Origin: Patescibacteria group bacterium | Lineage (GTDB): Bacteria > Patescibacteriota > Patescibacteriia > Patescibacteriales > GWC2-42-12 | NCBI GenBank assembly: GCA_041662965.1 | Contig: JBAZRI010000003.1 | Coordinates: 1,331-65,330, forward strand | Reading direction: 5' to 3' | DNA: 64,000 bases | Shown: one piece after another, positions 35,049 through 44,319 of the stretch | Layout of the letters: each line of letters begins with the position of its first letter | How positions within the stretch are numbered: position 1 is the first letter of the stretch | Program-made: the position numbers and the translations under genes | The notes under the pieces: model-generated | Told to the model about the DNA's origin: nothing | The model's input: the letters and a program-made list of their open reading frames with translations, nothing else | Databases searched by the model: none

Positions 35049-35612
35049 TTAATAATTATATGCTGGCGCGGAAAAAACGTCTATCCGGCTGAACGGCCAG
35101 CCGCGGAGCAAAACTCGGCCGGTAATTAATTTTTTATCCACCGGGCCGAAGCTTCGGGAATCTTTTGATGAATTCCTGTTATCGCCTAAAACATAGTACT
35201 CGCTGTCGCTTAAAGTTATAATTTCTTCGTTCAAACCGTAGGTTTTATCGCCTGATTGCAAATACGTTTCTTCAAGTTTTACGCCCAAAGGATTGGCTTG
35301 ATTATAGACATAAGCAAACCCGTCTTTAATTTGAATCTTTTCTCCGGGCAGGCCGATAATGCGTTTTATAAAATACTCTTCATGGTTTCTTGGATACTTA
35401 AAAACTATTATGTCGCCTCGCTCGGGCGTATGAAAGCGATAGCTGATTTCATCAATTATCAAATATTCTTTATCGTAAAAATTAGGCTCCATGGAAGCGC
35501 CCTTAACATAAAACGGCTGGATCAAGTAATACCTGACTGGGATAATAATGGCCAAGGAAATCGCCACTACTTTAATTAATTCAAAAACATAGCTGAAAAA
35601 ATTTTTCACCAT
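35049..35612 (-). CDS. lepB: signal peptidase I (bacterial LepB type)
   Basis: GASMEPNF (Ser), IKRIIGLPGE (Lys box) and GDNRNSSKDSR. Confidence 0.9.
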   Translation of the reverse strand: MVKNFFSYVFELIKVVAISLAIIIPVRYYLIQPFYVKGASMEPNFYDKEYLIIDEISYRFHTPERGDIIVFKYPRNHEEYFIKRIIGLPGEKIQIKDGFAYVYNQANPLGVKLEETYLQSGDKTYGLNEEIITLSDSEYYVLGDNRNSSKDSRSFGPVDKKLITGRVLLRGWPFSRIDVFSAPAYNY

Positions 35613-35784
35613 AAAAATTGCTTATCTGATAATAAATAAGCTTATAACATAATTAATATTTTGTCTACCCATTATTATAACAAGTTAATCAAAAAAAAAC
35701 AATAAAAAATCCCCGCGTAGGCAGGGATAAAAAGATAAGGAGCCAAGAATTCCATAAATTTCAGGAATTCAAGGCTCCAAAGGC

Positions 35785-36282
35785 TTACTCGCGGAGACGA
35801 ATAAATCGATCGTCGCCGTCAAAAACATCATCCAACCAATGGATATTAAGCGCCCATAACCGGCAATTCCAATAAAAGTAGACTACTCCGCGGCGACGGT
35901 CGCCATTCAGTAAAATAGTGCGAGGCATAATAAAATAATGCTCGTCGCGCGACTCAACGGGAAAAATTTCCTTTCCCTCGGCCTGCTCTTTAAGCAATAT
36001 GGCGGCTAAGCCTAGGCTGCCATAAGCCTGGACTTCGTCAGCCAGACGGAACATTGTGCTGCTGCTAATAAACGGCTGATCTTTTTGAACGGGGCAAAAA
36101 GAGTAATCCAGATTAACAAGATTAATTTTACCTTCTGGATTGTCGCTCTCCACGCTCCAGCCTTTATGAACAAGACCGGTGTCTTGGGCTTTAAGCGGCG
36201 CAATAACACCGCTAACCGATTTTCCGGCTCGCAAAACAGAATCATCTTTTTTTAACGGAGTTCGTATTTTCATTAGCGTCAT
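35785..36282 (-). CDS. hypothetical protein
   Basis: 165 aa ORF followed by a hairpin and T-run at about 35740-35784. I recognised no motif. Confidence 0.5.
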   Translation of the reverse strand: MTLMKIRTPLKKDDSVLRAGKSVSGVIAPLKAQDTGLVHKGWSVESDNPEGKINLVNLDYSFCPVQKDQPFISSSTMFRLADEVQAYGSLGLAAILLKEQAEGKEIFPVESRDEHYFIMPRTILLNGDRRRGVVYFYWNCRLWALNIHWLDDVFDGDDRFIRLRE

Positions 36283-36432
36283 TTTTCCATCTCCTTCTAT
36301 GAAATATGATTATATTTAAGGTGCGATCTTGACTATAATTTATATTATAAAATATAATTTACGTCAAGTATTAAAATTATAATTTTAACATGAAAATTAG
36401 ACTAATTTTAAAATAAGTTGTAGATTGTAATT

Positions 36433-37926
36433 ATGGATAAAAAAATTGATTTATTAAATCCAAAGTTAGGCCAGCCTGAAATCATAGGAAAAATGCCGAT
36501 AAAATCAAATAAAAACCCTAGCGCCGGGCAATTTAAGCCCATAGGGTTTATTTTAATTTTTCTCCTGGTGGTTTATGTAATTTTTTCTTTTAATAAAACG
36601 CCGGAAGAAAAATCATCTTCCTGGTTCTATAATCTGCCGATTATCAGCCAGATTAAGCATCTGGTGGAAAGCGCGGACGCTAAATTAAAAGGCGAAGCCG
36701 ATGACCGGATAAATATTCTGCTGCTCGGCATCGGCGGGAAAAATCATGACGGCGGCCTTTTAACCGATACGATAATGCTGGTTAGCCTGAAGCCGAGCGA
36801 AAAAAAAGTGTCTTTGCTTTCTATCCCCCGCGACCTGGCCGTGCCGATAGAAAATATGGGCTGGCGGAAAATTAACAGCGTTAACGCTTACGCTGAAATG
36901 AAAACTCCGGGTACGGGCGGTTTAGCGGTCAGCCAAACCATCAGCGATATTTTTAAAATCCCGATTGATTATTATGTCACCGTGGATTTCGCCGGCTTTG
37001 AAAAAATTATTGACGATCTGGGCGGCATTAAAGTTAACGTAGAAAATACTTTTGACGATTACGCCTACCCGATATTAGGCAACGAAGACGCCCCATGGGA
37101 GCAAAGATTTGAGCATCTGCATATTGACAAAGGCGAGCAAACCATGAACGGCGAGCTGGCTTTAAAATACGTCCGCTCCCGGCATGCTTACGGCGTTGAA
37201 GGCTCGGATTTCGCGCGCTCGCGCCGGCAGCAAAAAGTCTTGGAAGCGGTTAAAGAAAAAGTTCTGTCGCTTAATGTTTTATTCAAGCCCGGCATGATTT
37301 CCAAAATAATTTCCGATATTAATGAAAATCACAGCACCAATTTAAAAATTTGGGAAATTGTTAAATTATGGGGGCTGGCTAAAGATATAAAAAGCGAAAA
37401 CATCGCCACCCGCGTGCTTGATAATAGCCCGAGCGGCCTGTTAGTTGATACGATCGGCCTGGACGGCGCTTACCTGCTCTCTCCCAGAAGCGGAGATTTT
37501 TCGGAAATAAAATATTTGGTTAACAATATTTTTTCCGACGCGCCGGCGACCGATAAGGAAAAAGTCAAAATGGAAAAAGCCACGGTTGAAATCAGAAACG
37601 GCACCTGGATAAACGGACTGGCCAATAAAGCGGCCTTGGATTTGGAAAAATACGGCTTTACTATCGCGCGCATCGGCAACACCAGCCAGAAAAATTTTGA
37701 AAAATCGGTAATTTACGATTTAACTTACGGCGGAAAAATTCAAGCCTTGACGATTTTAAAAAATAGAACCGACGCTAATATCGCTTTGGGCATGCCCGAA
37801 TGGCTGATAGATGAGCTGGCCAAAGAAATTCTGGGCGAAACCAACCCGATCCAGCCTGATTTTATTTTAATTCTCGGCCAAGCCGCGGACGAAACGCAGT
37901 CAGGCGCGGTTAATACGGAACAATAG
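36433..37926 (+). CDS. LytR-CpsA-Psr (LCP) family cell-envelope phosphotransferase
   Basis: TM anchor, INILLLGIGGKNHDGGLLTDTIMLVSL and LSIPRDL, plus a LytR_C-like C-terminus. Confidence 0.85.
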   Translation: MDKKIDLLNPKLGQPEIIGKMPIKSNKNPSAGQFKPIGFILIFLLVVYVIFSFNKTPEEKSSSWFYNLPIISQIKHLVESADAKLKGEADDRINILLLGIGGKNHDGGLLTDTIMLVSLKPSEKKVSLLSIPRDLAVPIENMGWRKINSVNAYAEMKTPGTGGLAVSQTISDIFKIPIDYYVTVDFAGFEKIIDDLGGIKVNVENTFDDYAYPILGNEDAPWEQRFEHLHIDKGEQTMNGELALKYVRSRHAYGVEGSDFARSRRQQKVLEAVKEKVLSLNVLFKPGMISKIISDINENHSTNLKIWEIVKLWGLAKDIKSENIATRVLDNSPSGLLVDTIGLDGAYLLSPRSGDFSEIKYLVNNIFSDAPATDKEKVKMEKATVEIRNGTWINGLANKAALDLEKYGFTIARIGNTSQKNFEKSVIYDLTYGGKIQALTILKNRTDANIALGMPEWLIDELAKEILGETNPIQPDFILILGQAADETQSGAVNTEQ

Positions 37927-38055
37927 GTAAAATGACAAATTTCCAATGACAAATGTCAAATCAATGTCAAATGGCTAAATAACAAATTAATTAATTTTTT
38001 GACATTTAGATTTTGGATTTGATTTGACATTAGTCATTTGTTATTATAAAAATTT

Positions 38056-39489
38056 ATGGAAGAAACAAAAGACAATAGTAAATTTCTCCCTCTCGTCGTT
38101 ATTTTCGGCCGGGCCAACGTCGGCAAATCAACTTTGTTTAATTGCTTAACCGAAAAACGCCAAGCCTTGATTTCCAATATCGCCGGCACCACCCGCGACT
38201 CTAACCTCGGCCAGGTTAAATGGAACGGCCGCGGTTTTGAAATTGTGGATACCGGCGGCATTATTGACTTAAAGCATCTGACCGAAAAAGGCGCCTCTAC
38301 CGACGAGATTGCCGACCAAGTGCAAAGGCAAGCCAGCCAATATTTAAAGCGGGCCGATTTGGTTATTTTTTTAGTTGATAATAAAACCGGCCTATTGCCC
38401 CAGGACAAAGCCATGGCGCTTTTAATTAAAAAAAATGTTGACCCTAATAAGGTTATTCTGACCATCAACAAAGTTGACGCCCCTCGCGACCATTTAAAAA
38501 CTTCCGAATTCTATAAATTATCATTTGGCGAACCTCGCCCGATTTCCGCGGCTAACGGCTCGGGCACCGGCGATTTGCTTGATCTTATAGTTAAAAAATT
38601 AAAATTAGAAGACGAAGAAGATGAAAATGAGGATAAAAAAGAAGCCCGGGAATTAGCAGTGAAAACAGCCGCGGAAAATTTAATCAAAGTTTGCATTATC
38701 GGCAAGCCTAACGTCGGAAAATCCAGCCTGTTAAATTCCCTTTTAGGCTACGAGCGGGTGCTTGTCAGTCCGGAGCCGCATACCACGCGCGAACCCCAGC
38801 ACACAAAAATAATTTACCGGGGCCTGCCCATATTATTGATTGACACGGCCGGCATCAGTAAAAAAGGCGCGAAAACCAAAGGCTTGGAAAAATTCGGCAT
38901 TGCCAAGTCATTAAACGCTTTATCTAAAAGCGACATCGCTTTAATGACCTTTGATATCAGCCAGGATATTACCCATCAAGACGCCAGGCTGATTGAAGAA
39001 ATCGTTAACGCCCAAAAAAGCTTTATTTTTATCGCCAACAAATGGGATAAAATTAAAGAGCGGAACACAAAAAAATACACCGATTATATTTACGGCAAAC
39101 TGCCTTTCGCCCGCTTCGCGCCCATCCAATTCACTTCGGCTCTAACCGGCGAAAAAATAAAAAAAATCCTGGACTTAACTTTGCAGATCGCCGAAGAAAG
39201 AAAACTAAAGCTTAGCGATTCCCAGCTTAATAAATTCCTGTCGCGCATCGTTAAAATTCATCGGCCGGCCAAAGGCAAAGGCGTTAAGCACCCGAGAATC
39301 CGCGAATTCAAGCAAACCCAGACTAACCCGCCGAAATTTGAAATGAAAATCGGCGCCAAAGAGGATCTGCATTTTTCTTATATCCGCTTTATTGAAAACC
39401 GCCTTCGCGAAACTTACGGCTTCTTAGGCACTCCGCTGTCCATCAGCGTAGCAAAAAATAAGAATGTCCACGGGCTGCATAAAGATTAA
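38056..39489 (+). CDS. der: ribosome-associated GTPase Der (EngA)
   Basis: Two G domains (GRANVGKST...DTGG and GKPNVGKSS...DTAG...NKWD) and a KH-like C-terminus. Confidence 0.95.
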   Translation: MEETKDNSKFLPLVVIFGRANVGKSTLFNCLTEKRQALISNIAGTTRDSNLGQVKWNGRGFEIVDTGGIIDLKHLTEKGASTDEIADQVQRQASQYLKRADLVIFLVDNKTGLLPQDKAMALLIKKNVDPNKVILTINKVDAPRDHLKTSEFYKLSFGEPRPISAANGSGTGDLLDLIVKKLKLEDEEDENEDKKEARELAVKTAAENLIKVCIIGKPNVGKSSLLNSLLGYERVLVSPEPHTTREPQHTKIIYRGLPILLIDTAGISKKGAKTKGLEKFGIAKSLNALSKSDIALMTFDISQDITHQDARLIEEIVNAQKSFIFIANKWDKIKERNTKKYTDYIYGKLPFARFAPIQFTSALTGEKIKKILDLTLQIAEERKLKLSDSQLNKFLSRIVKIHRPAKGKGVKHPRIREFKQTQTNPPKFEMKIGAKEDLHFSYIRFIENRLRETYGFLGTPLSISVAKNKNVHGLHKD

Positions 39490-39638
39490 AAAAACCCAAA
39501 CCTCAATGACCAATAACCAAACAAATCCCAAAACAATAAACTAAACAATAAAAAATTAAAATTTGGGGCTTGTGATTTTATTGGGTATTGGGATTTGGAA
39601 ATTGGGATTTAATTATATTTCCAAAAATTAAAAATTAT

Positions 39639-40214
39639 ATGCAAATAATAGTCGGCCTGGGCAATCCGGGCGAACAATACGAGTACACCAGGCATAACGC
39701 CGGTTTCATGGCGCTTAACGTTTTAGCCGAGCGCCTCGGCCTAGTCTGGAAAACTAATAAAAAATTTAAAGCTGAAACGGCCGAAGGCCAAAACCTGATT
39801 TTAGTAAAACCGCTGGATTTCATGAATAATTCCGGCCTGCCGGTCAGCGCGGTTTTATCATATTACAAGCTGCTACCGAAAAAACTTGGCATTCTAAAAA
39901 CAAAAAATGCCGATTTATCGGAAATTTTAACCGTTATCCATGACGACTTGGATATAGAGCTCGGTAAATATAAAATTTCCCTGGACTCCCGAAGCGCCGG
40001 GCATCGGGGCGTTCAGTCTATTATTGACCAGCTTAAAACTAAAAATTTCCAGCGTATTAGAATCGGCATTAAAACACCGCCATTAGAAAAAATTCCGGCG
40101 AACTTGGCACGCAGAAACGAAGTGGAGGCGGCCAAATTCGTCCTGCAGAAATTTAATAAAGAAGAAGAAAAAACTATAAATCAATTAATTCCTAAGGCCA
40201 CTAAAAAACTATAG
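39639..40214 (+). CDS. pth: peptidyl-tRNA hydrolase
   Basis: MQIIVGLGNPGEQYEYTRHNAGF and HDDLD. Start trimmed to ATG 39639 because the track N-terminus translates a word repeat. Confidence 0.9.
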   Translation: MQIIVGLGNPGEQYEYTRHNAGFMALNVLAERLGLVWKTNKKFKAETAEGQNLILVKPLDFMNNSGLPVSAVLSYYKLLPKKLGILKTKNADLSEILTVIHDDLDIELGKYKISLDSRSAGHRGVQSIIDQLKTKNFQRIRIGIKTPPLEKIPANLARRNEVEAAKFVLQKFNKEEEKTINQLIPKATKKL

Positions 40215-40232
40215 CATTTGAACTTACTCTTG

Positions 40233-40362
40233 CGAGCCTAGAAAATTTAGTGGAATTTTTAGGCGGAAGCGAGGATAGATAATTTATTTGCTTGAGCCGT
40301 TTAGGCGAGTTATAAATTATCCCGAGTGCAGCCTAAAAATTCCCTAAATTTTCTCCAGCTCG
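40233..40362. repeat. divergent member of the nested palindromic family (copy F)
   Basis: 32 nt arms cgagcctagaaaatttagtggaatttttaggc / gcctaaaaattccctaaattttctccagctcg. The interior retains GCGAGGA...TTGAGCC..GGCGAGTT. Confidence 0.5.
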
Positions 40363-40419
40363 CGATTTTTGCGCCGCTTTATTAAAAAAGCGGCCCCGAG
40401 CGGAGCGGAAATAAAAAAA

Positions 40420-40456
40420 CGGGAGTCAGCTTATGCTGTTCCCGATTTTGTTTTTT
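40420..40456. terminator. bidirectional terminator
   Basis: Hairpin CGGGAGTCAGC-TTAT-GCTGTTCCCG flanked by A7 (40413-40419) and ATTTTGTTTTTT. Confidence 0.6.
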
Positions 40457-40753
40457 ATAATATCCACAATTCTGCCTAGAAGCCCAGGGATAACCCCGAT
40501 TTAAGGCTCCGGCTAAACCAGGAGGGAGGCTTAACTTTCACCGCTCCTAGGCAAAATTCTAAATACTATTTGTTGAGCATGTATAAAATATGTTATCATG
40601 AAAAAAGATAATTGCCAAAAATTAGATAGGTATAAAATAGCGCCCAAGATGCTACTTGCTTAGAAGGGATGCAAAATTTATAAATAATTAAGGAGGAAAA
40701 CTATTTATTAATTAGGCCCTTAAGCAAGTAACAGACTGGACGCTATAAAATTT

Positions 40754-40804
40754 ACCCCGTTAAATCCCAATCAAAGTTGGGACGCAAAGCGTATTTAACG
40801 GGGT
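40754..40804. repeat. CCCCGTTAAAT...ATTTAACGGGG hairpin element
   Basis: The 12 nt arms are identical to the copies at 2370, 8496 and 33401. The loop has its own hairpin, CCCAA-TCAAAG-TTGGG. Confidence 0.7.
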
Positions 40805-40818
40805 GAATTCAATAGATT

Positions 40819-40847
40819 ATATTATCATAACTTAAACCGTATGTCAA
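40819..40847 (-). promoter_or_regulatory. candidate minus-strand promoter in an ORF-free spacer
   Basis: On the minus strand, TTGACA (40847-40842), 17 nt, then TAATAT (40824-40819). It fires away from dprA into the structured region. Confidence 0.5.
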
Positions 40848-40888
40848 GGCTTATTTCCAATAATTCTACAGCAGACAAATTACAAAAA

Positions 40889-40918
40889 TTGGGCTAAATT
40901 TGGTAAAATTTAGCCCAA
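40889..40918. repeat. core-less mini-hairpin related to copy D of the nested palindrome
   Basis: ttgggctaaatttggtaaaatttagcccaa equals the outer arms of copy D without the core. The right flank cttcatgcaattaa is homologous to the flank of copy D, cttcatgtagttaa. Confidence 0.6.
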
Positions 40919-40945
40919 TCTTCATGCAATTAACTTAAATAATAT

Positions 40946-42037
40946 ATGAACGATCTTAAATATTGGCTGGCGCTAAGCCATTTTTATAAATTCGGCCCGG
41001 TCAAATTTAAAAAATTAAAAAACTATTTTTCTGATATTGCCAGCGCCTATAAAGCCTCGGCGAAAGATTATGTCCGCGCCGGCATTGAAGAGAAAGTGGC
41101 CGAAGAATTCATGATTTTCAAACATCAGGTTGAGCCGGATGAATTATTGGAAAATTTAAACAAAGAAAAACTAAAAGCTTTAACCATAGAAGACCCGTCT
41201 TACCCGAAACTTTTAAAGCAAATTTACGATCCGCCTTTTATTTTATATTACCGCGGCTCGCTGGAAGCTTTTAACGGTTTTCTCTTAGCCGTGGTGGGCG
41301 CCAGAAAATACAGCGCCTACGGAGCGCAAGTCACGGAAAAACTAGTCAGAGAGCTGGCTTTTAATAAATTAACCATTGTCAGCGGTCTGGCCTTAGGCAT
41401 AGACACTCTGGCCCATGCGGCCGCCATCGAAGCCGGCGGAAAAACCATCGCGGTTTTAGGCTCCGGCTTAGACCAGCAAAATATCTACCCTTCGCAAAAC
41501 CGCTATCTAGCCGATAAAATCCAAGCTCACGGCGGACTAATTTTATCAGAATATCCAATCGGCACCATGCCTTTAAAACATCACTTTCCCCAAAGAAACC
41601 GCATAATTTCCGGCTTAACGAGCGCTACTTTAGTCATTGAAGCCGGTGAAAAGTCAGGCGCTCTGATTACGGCTTTTCACGCTTTAGAGCAAAACCGGGA
41701 AGTTTTCGCCGTGCCCGGCAGTATTTATTCCGGCTCTTCGGAAGGCACTAACCGTTTAATCACTATGGGGGCTAAATTGGTAGCCGGCGCTAAAGATATT
41801 ATTGAAACTCTGAATTTAGCCGAAGCGGCCGCCTATATTGAAAACAAAAAAATAATTCCGGAAACGAACGAAGAAGAATTAATTCTCGCCCGCTTGTCTT
41901 ATGAGCCGGCGCATATTGACGAGCTTAAGCAATTGACAAAACTTGACACCTCGGTTATAAATAGTACACTTACTATCATGGAAATGAAAGGCATGGTAAA
42001 AAATTTAGGTAATATGCAATACGTGCTAGCCAGATAA
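40946..42037 (+). CDS. dprA: DNA processing protein DprA (Smf)
   Basis: GARKYSAYG, IVSGLALGIDTLAHAAAIEAGGKTIAVLGSGLD, SEYP and RNRIISGL. Confidence 0.9.
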   Translation: MNDLKYWLALSHFYKFGPVKFKKLKNYFSDIASAYKASAKDYVRAGIEEKVAEEFMIFKHQVEPDELLENLNKEKLKALTIEDPSYPKLLKQIYDPPFILYYRGSLEAFNGFLLAVVGARKYSAYGAQVTEKLVRELAFNKLTIVSGLALGIDTLAHAAAIEAGGKTIAVLGSGLDQQNIYPSQNRYLADKIQAHGGLILSEYPIGTMPLKHHFPQRNRIISGLTSATLVIEAGEKSGALITAFHALEQNREVFAVPGSIYSGSSEGTNRLITMGAKLVAGAKDIIETLNLAEAAAYIENKKIIPETNEEELILARLSYEPAHIDELKQLTKLDTSVINSTLTIMEMKGMVKNLGNMQYVLAR

Positions 42038-42072
42038 ACATAACTTGTCATCACCATGACATTTATTTTTTT

Positions 42073-44319
42073 ATGAAATTAGTCATCGTTGAATCTCCAA
42101 CCAAAGCGAAAACCATAGCTAAATTTTTAGGCTCTGATTTCAATATTGAGTCTTCTTTCGGCCATGTCCGCGACTTGCCGGTAAGCAAAATGGGCATTGA
42201 TATTGAACATGACTTTGAGCCTAAATATGTCGTGCCGGCCAAAGCTAAAAAAAACCTTAAAATACTTCAAGCCTTAGCCAAAAAATCAGATAAAATCATC
42301 TTGGCTACCGACGAAGACCGCGAAGGCGAAGCTATCGCTTGGCATTTGGCCGAAGCTCTTAAAGTTGATCTAAAAAAAACCGACCGCATTGTCTTTCATG
42401 AAATCACTAAATCGGCGATTGAGCAAGCTTTAGAACACCCGAGAATTATTGATATGAAATTAGTCAACGCCCAGCAAGCCAGACGAATTCTTGACCGGCT
42501 AGTCGGCTACGAGCTCTCCCCTTTCTTATGGAAAAAAGTGGCTAAAGGCTTATCGGCCGGCCGCGTGCAATCCGTAGCCGTCCGCTTAATCGTTGAGCGC
42601 GAGCGGGAAATAAAAAAATTCATTACCGATGAATATTGGAGCATAACAGCATTGCTTTCCCCCTCTCATTACCAAGGAGAGGGCCGGGGTGAGGTTCCGT
42701 TTTTAGCCAGATTGAATAAAATTGATAATAAAACCATCAATAAGCTGGAAATTAAAAACGAGGAGGAGGCTAAAAAAATTTTAACCGCGCTTAACGGGGT
42801 CGAATACGTCGTCGCTAATTTGGAAAAAAAACAAACTAAAAAGCAGCCGCCCAAGCCTTTTACGACTTCCAGCCTGCAGCAAACCGCCAATCGCTGGCTC
42901 GGCTTCTCGGCCAAGCAGACTATGATGATAGCGCAGCAGCTTTATGAAATGGGCTTTATAACTTACATGAGGACCGACTCGCTGAATTTAGCGGAAAAAT
43001 TTTTGAGCGAAGCAGCCGAATATTTAACCGCTAACTTAGGCTCTACCTACGCGCTTTCATCCCCGCGCCGCTTTAAAACTAAATCCAAAGGCGCGCAAGA
43101 AGCGCATGAAGCTATCCGGCCGTCCGAAGCCTCGCGCGCTCCGGAAACGGTTGAAAGCGACCTGAATCCCAACCAAAATAAATTATACAAATTAATCTGG
43201 CAGCGCGCCTTAGCCTCGCAAATGAGCGAAGCCATAGTTGATGCTACCGTGGTTGATGTTGATGCTAAAAATACCCCCTACCAATTCAGGGCTAACGGCC
43301 AAATTTTAAAATTCAAAGGTTACTTAAAAATTTATCCGGAAGCCAGCCAGGAAATTGAACTGCCGGAATTAAACATAAAAGAAAAGCTGGAGTTAGAGGA
43401 AATAAAGCCGGAACAGCATTTTACCAAGCCGCCGGCCAGATATTCGGACGCCGGGCTGGTTAAAGAATTGGAAAAATACGGCATCGGCCGGCCGTCAACT
43501 TACGCTCCGACCATAGCGACCATCGTTGACAGAAATTATGTCCAGCGCGACGAGAACAAACGTTTAGGGCCGACCGATATTGCCTTCGTGGTTAACGACT
43601 TATTGGTTGAGCACTTTCCTAAAATCGTGGATTTCCAATTTACCGCCAAGCTGGAAAACGATTTGGATTCAATCGCTGACGGCAACGTTGAATGGCAGCC
43701 GGTAATTAAAGAATTTTATGAGCCCTTTCACGCAAATTTAGAAAATAAATACGAAGTTATAAATAAAAATGACATCATGCCTGAAGAAAAATCAACCGAG
43801 GTGTGCGATAAATGCGGCGCGCCCATGATCATTAAAACCGGCCGTTACGGAAAATTCTTGGCTTGCAGCGCTTTTCCTGAATGTAAAAACATTAAATCAA
43901 TGCCCGGCGCGGATAAAAACGGCAACGGCCAGGCCGACAGCGAAGAAATTAAGGAGCTAAAAGAAAAATACAAAGCCGAGGTTTGCGAAAAATGCGGTTC
44001 GGCTATGGCGGTTAAAGTCGGAAAATTCGGCCCGTTTTTAGCCTGCTCGGCCTACCCAAAATGCAAAAATTTAAAAAATATCGGCGGCGGGAATAACGGC
44101 ACCGGCATAACCTGCCCGGTTTGCGGTAAAGGCGAAGTCGTGCAAAAGCGCAGCCGCCGCGGCCTGTTTTACGCTTGCAACCAATATCCAGCCTGTAAAA
44201 CCGCTTTCTGGGGTAAACCGACCGGAGAAAAATGCCCGGATTGCGACGCCCTATTGATTGAAGACGCTAAAAAGGGCGAAGTTAAATGCTCCAACAAAGA
44301 TTGCGGATATATAAAATAA
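42073..44319 (+). CDS. topA: DNA topoisomerase I
   Basis: Toprim domain MKLVIVESPTKAKTI...DEDREGE, active-site region ITYMRTDS, and four C-terminal Cx2C...Cx2-5C zinc ribbons. It contains an in-frame repeat at 42659-42696. Confidence 0.95.
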   Translation: MKLVIVESPTKAKTIAKFLGSDFNIESSFGHVRDLPVSKMGIDIEHDFEPKYVVPAKAKKNLKILQALAKKSDKIILATDEDREGEAIAWHLAEALKVDLKKTDRIVFHEITKSAIEQALEHPRIIDMKLVNAQQARRILDRLVGYELSPFLWKKVAKGLSAGRVQSVAVRLIVEREREIKKFITDEYWSITALLSPSHYQGEGRGEVPFLARLNKIDNKTINKLEIKNEEEAKKILTALNGVEYVVANLEKKQTKKQPPKPFTTSSLQQTANRWLGFSAKQTMMIAQQLYEMGFITYMRTDSLNLAEKFLSEAAEYLTANLGSTYALSSPRRFKTKSKGAQEAHEAIRPSEASRAPETVESDLNPNQNKLYKLIWQRALASQMSEAIVDATVVDVDAKNTPYQFRANGQILKFKGYLKIYPEASQEIELPELNIKEKLELEEIKPEQHFTKPPARYSDAGLVKELEKYGIGRPSTYAPTIATIVDRNYVQRDENKRLGPTDIAFVVNDLLVEHFPKIVDFQFTAKLENDLDSIADGNVEWQPVIKEFYEPFHANLENKYEVINKNDIMPEEKSTEVCDKCGAPMIIKTGRYGKFLACSAFPECKNIKSMPGADKNGNGQADSEEIKELKEKYKAEVCEKCGSAMAVKVGKFGPFLACSAYPKCKNLKNIGGGNNGTGITCPVCGKGEVVQKRSRRGLFYACNQYPACKTAFWGKPTGEKCPDCDALLIEDAKKGEVKCSNKDCGYIK

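Noticed and set aside
40412-40848. The candidate ncRNA considered as RNase P RNA, tmRNA, SRP RNA or 6S RNA.
   Set aside because: I found none of the expected features. There is no GAGGAAAGUCC-type CR-I box, no tRNA-like ends or tag ORF ending in CCA, and no GNRA-capped AGCAGCC-type SRP helix 8. It is kept only as an unclassified candidate.
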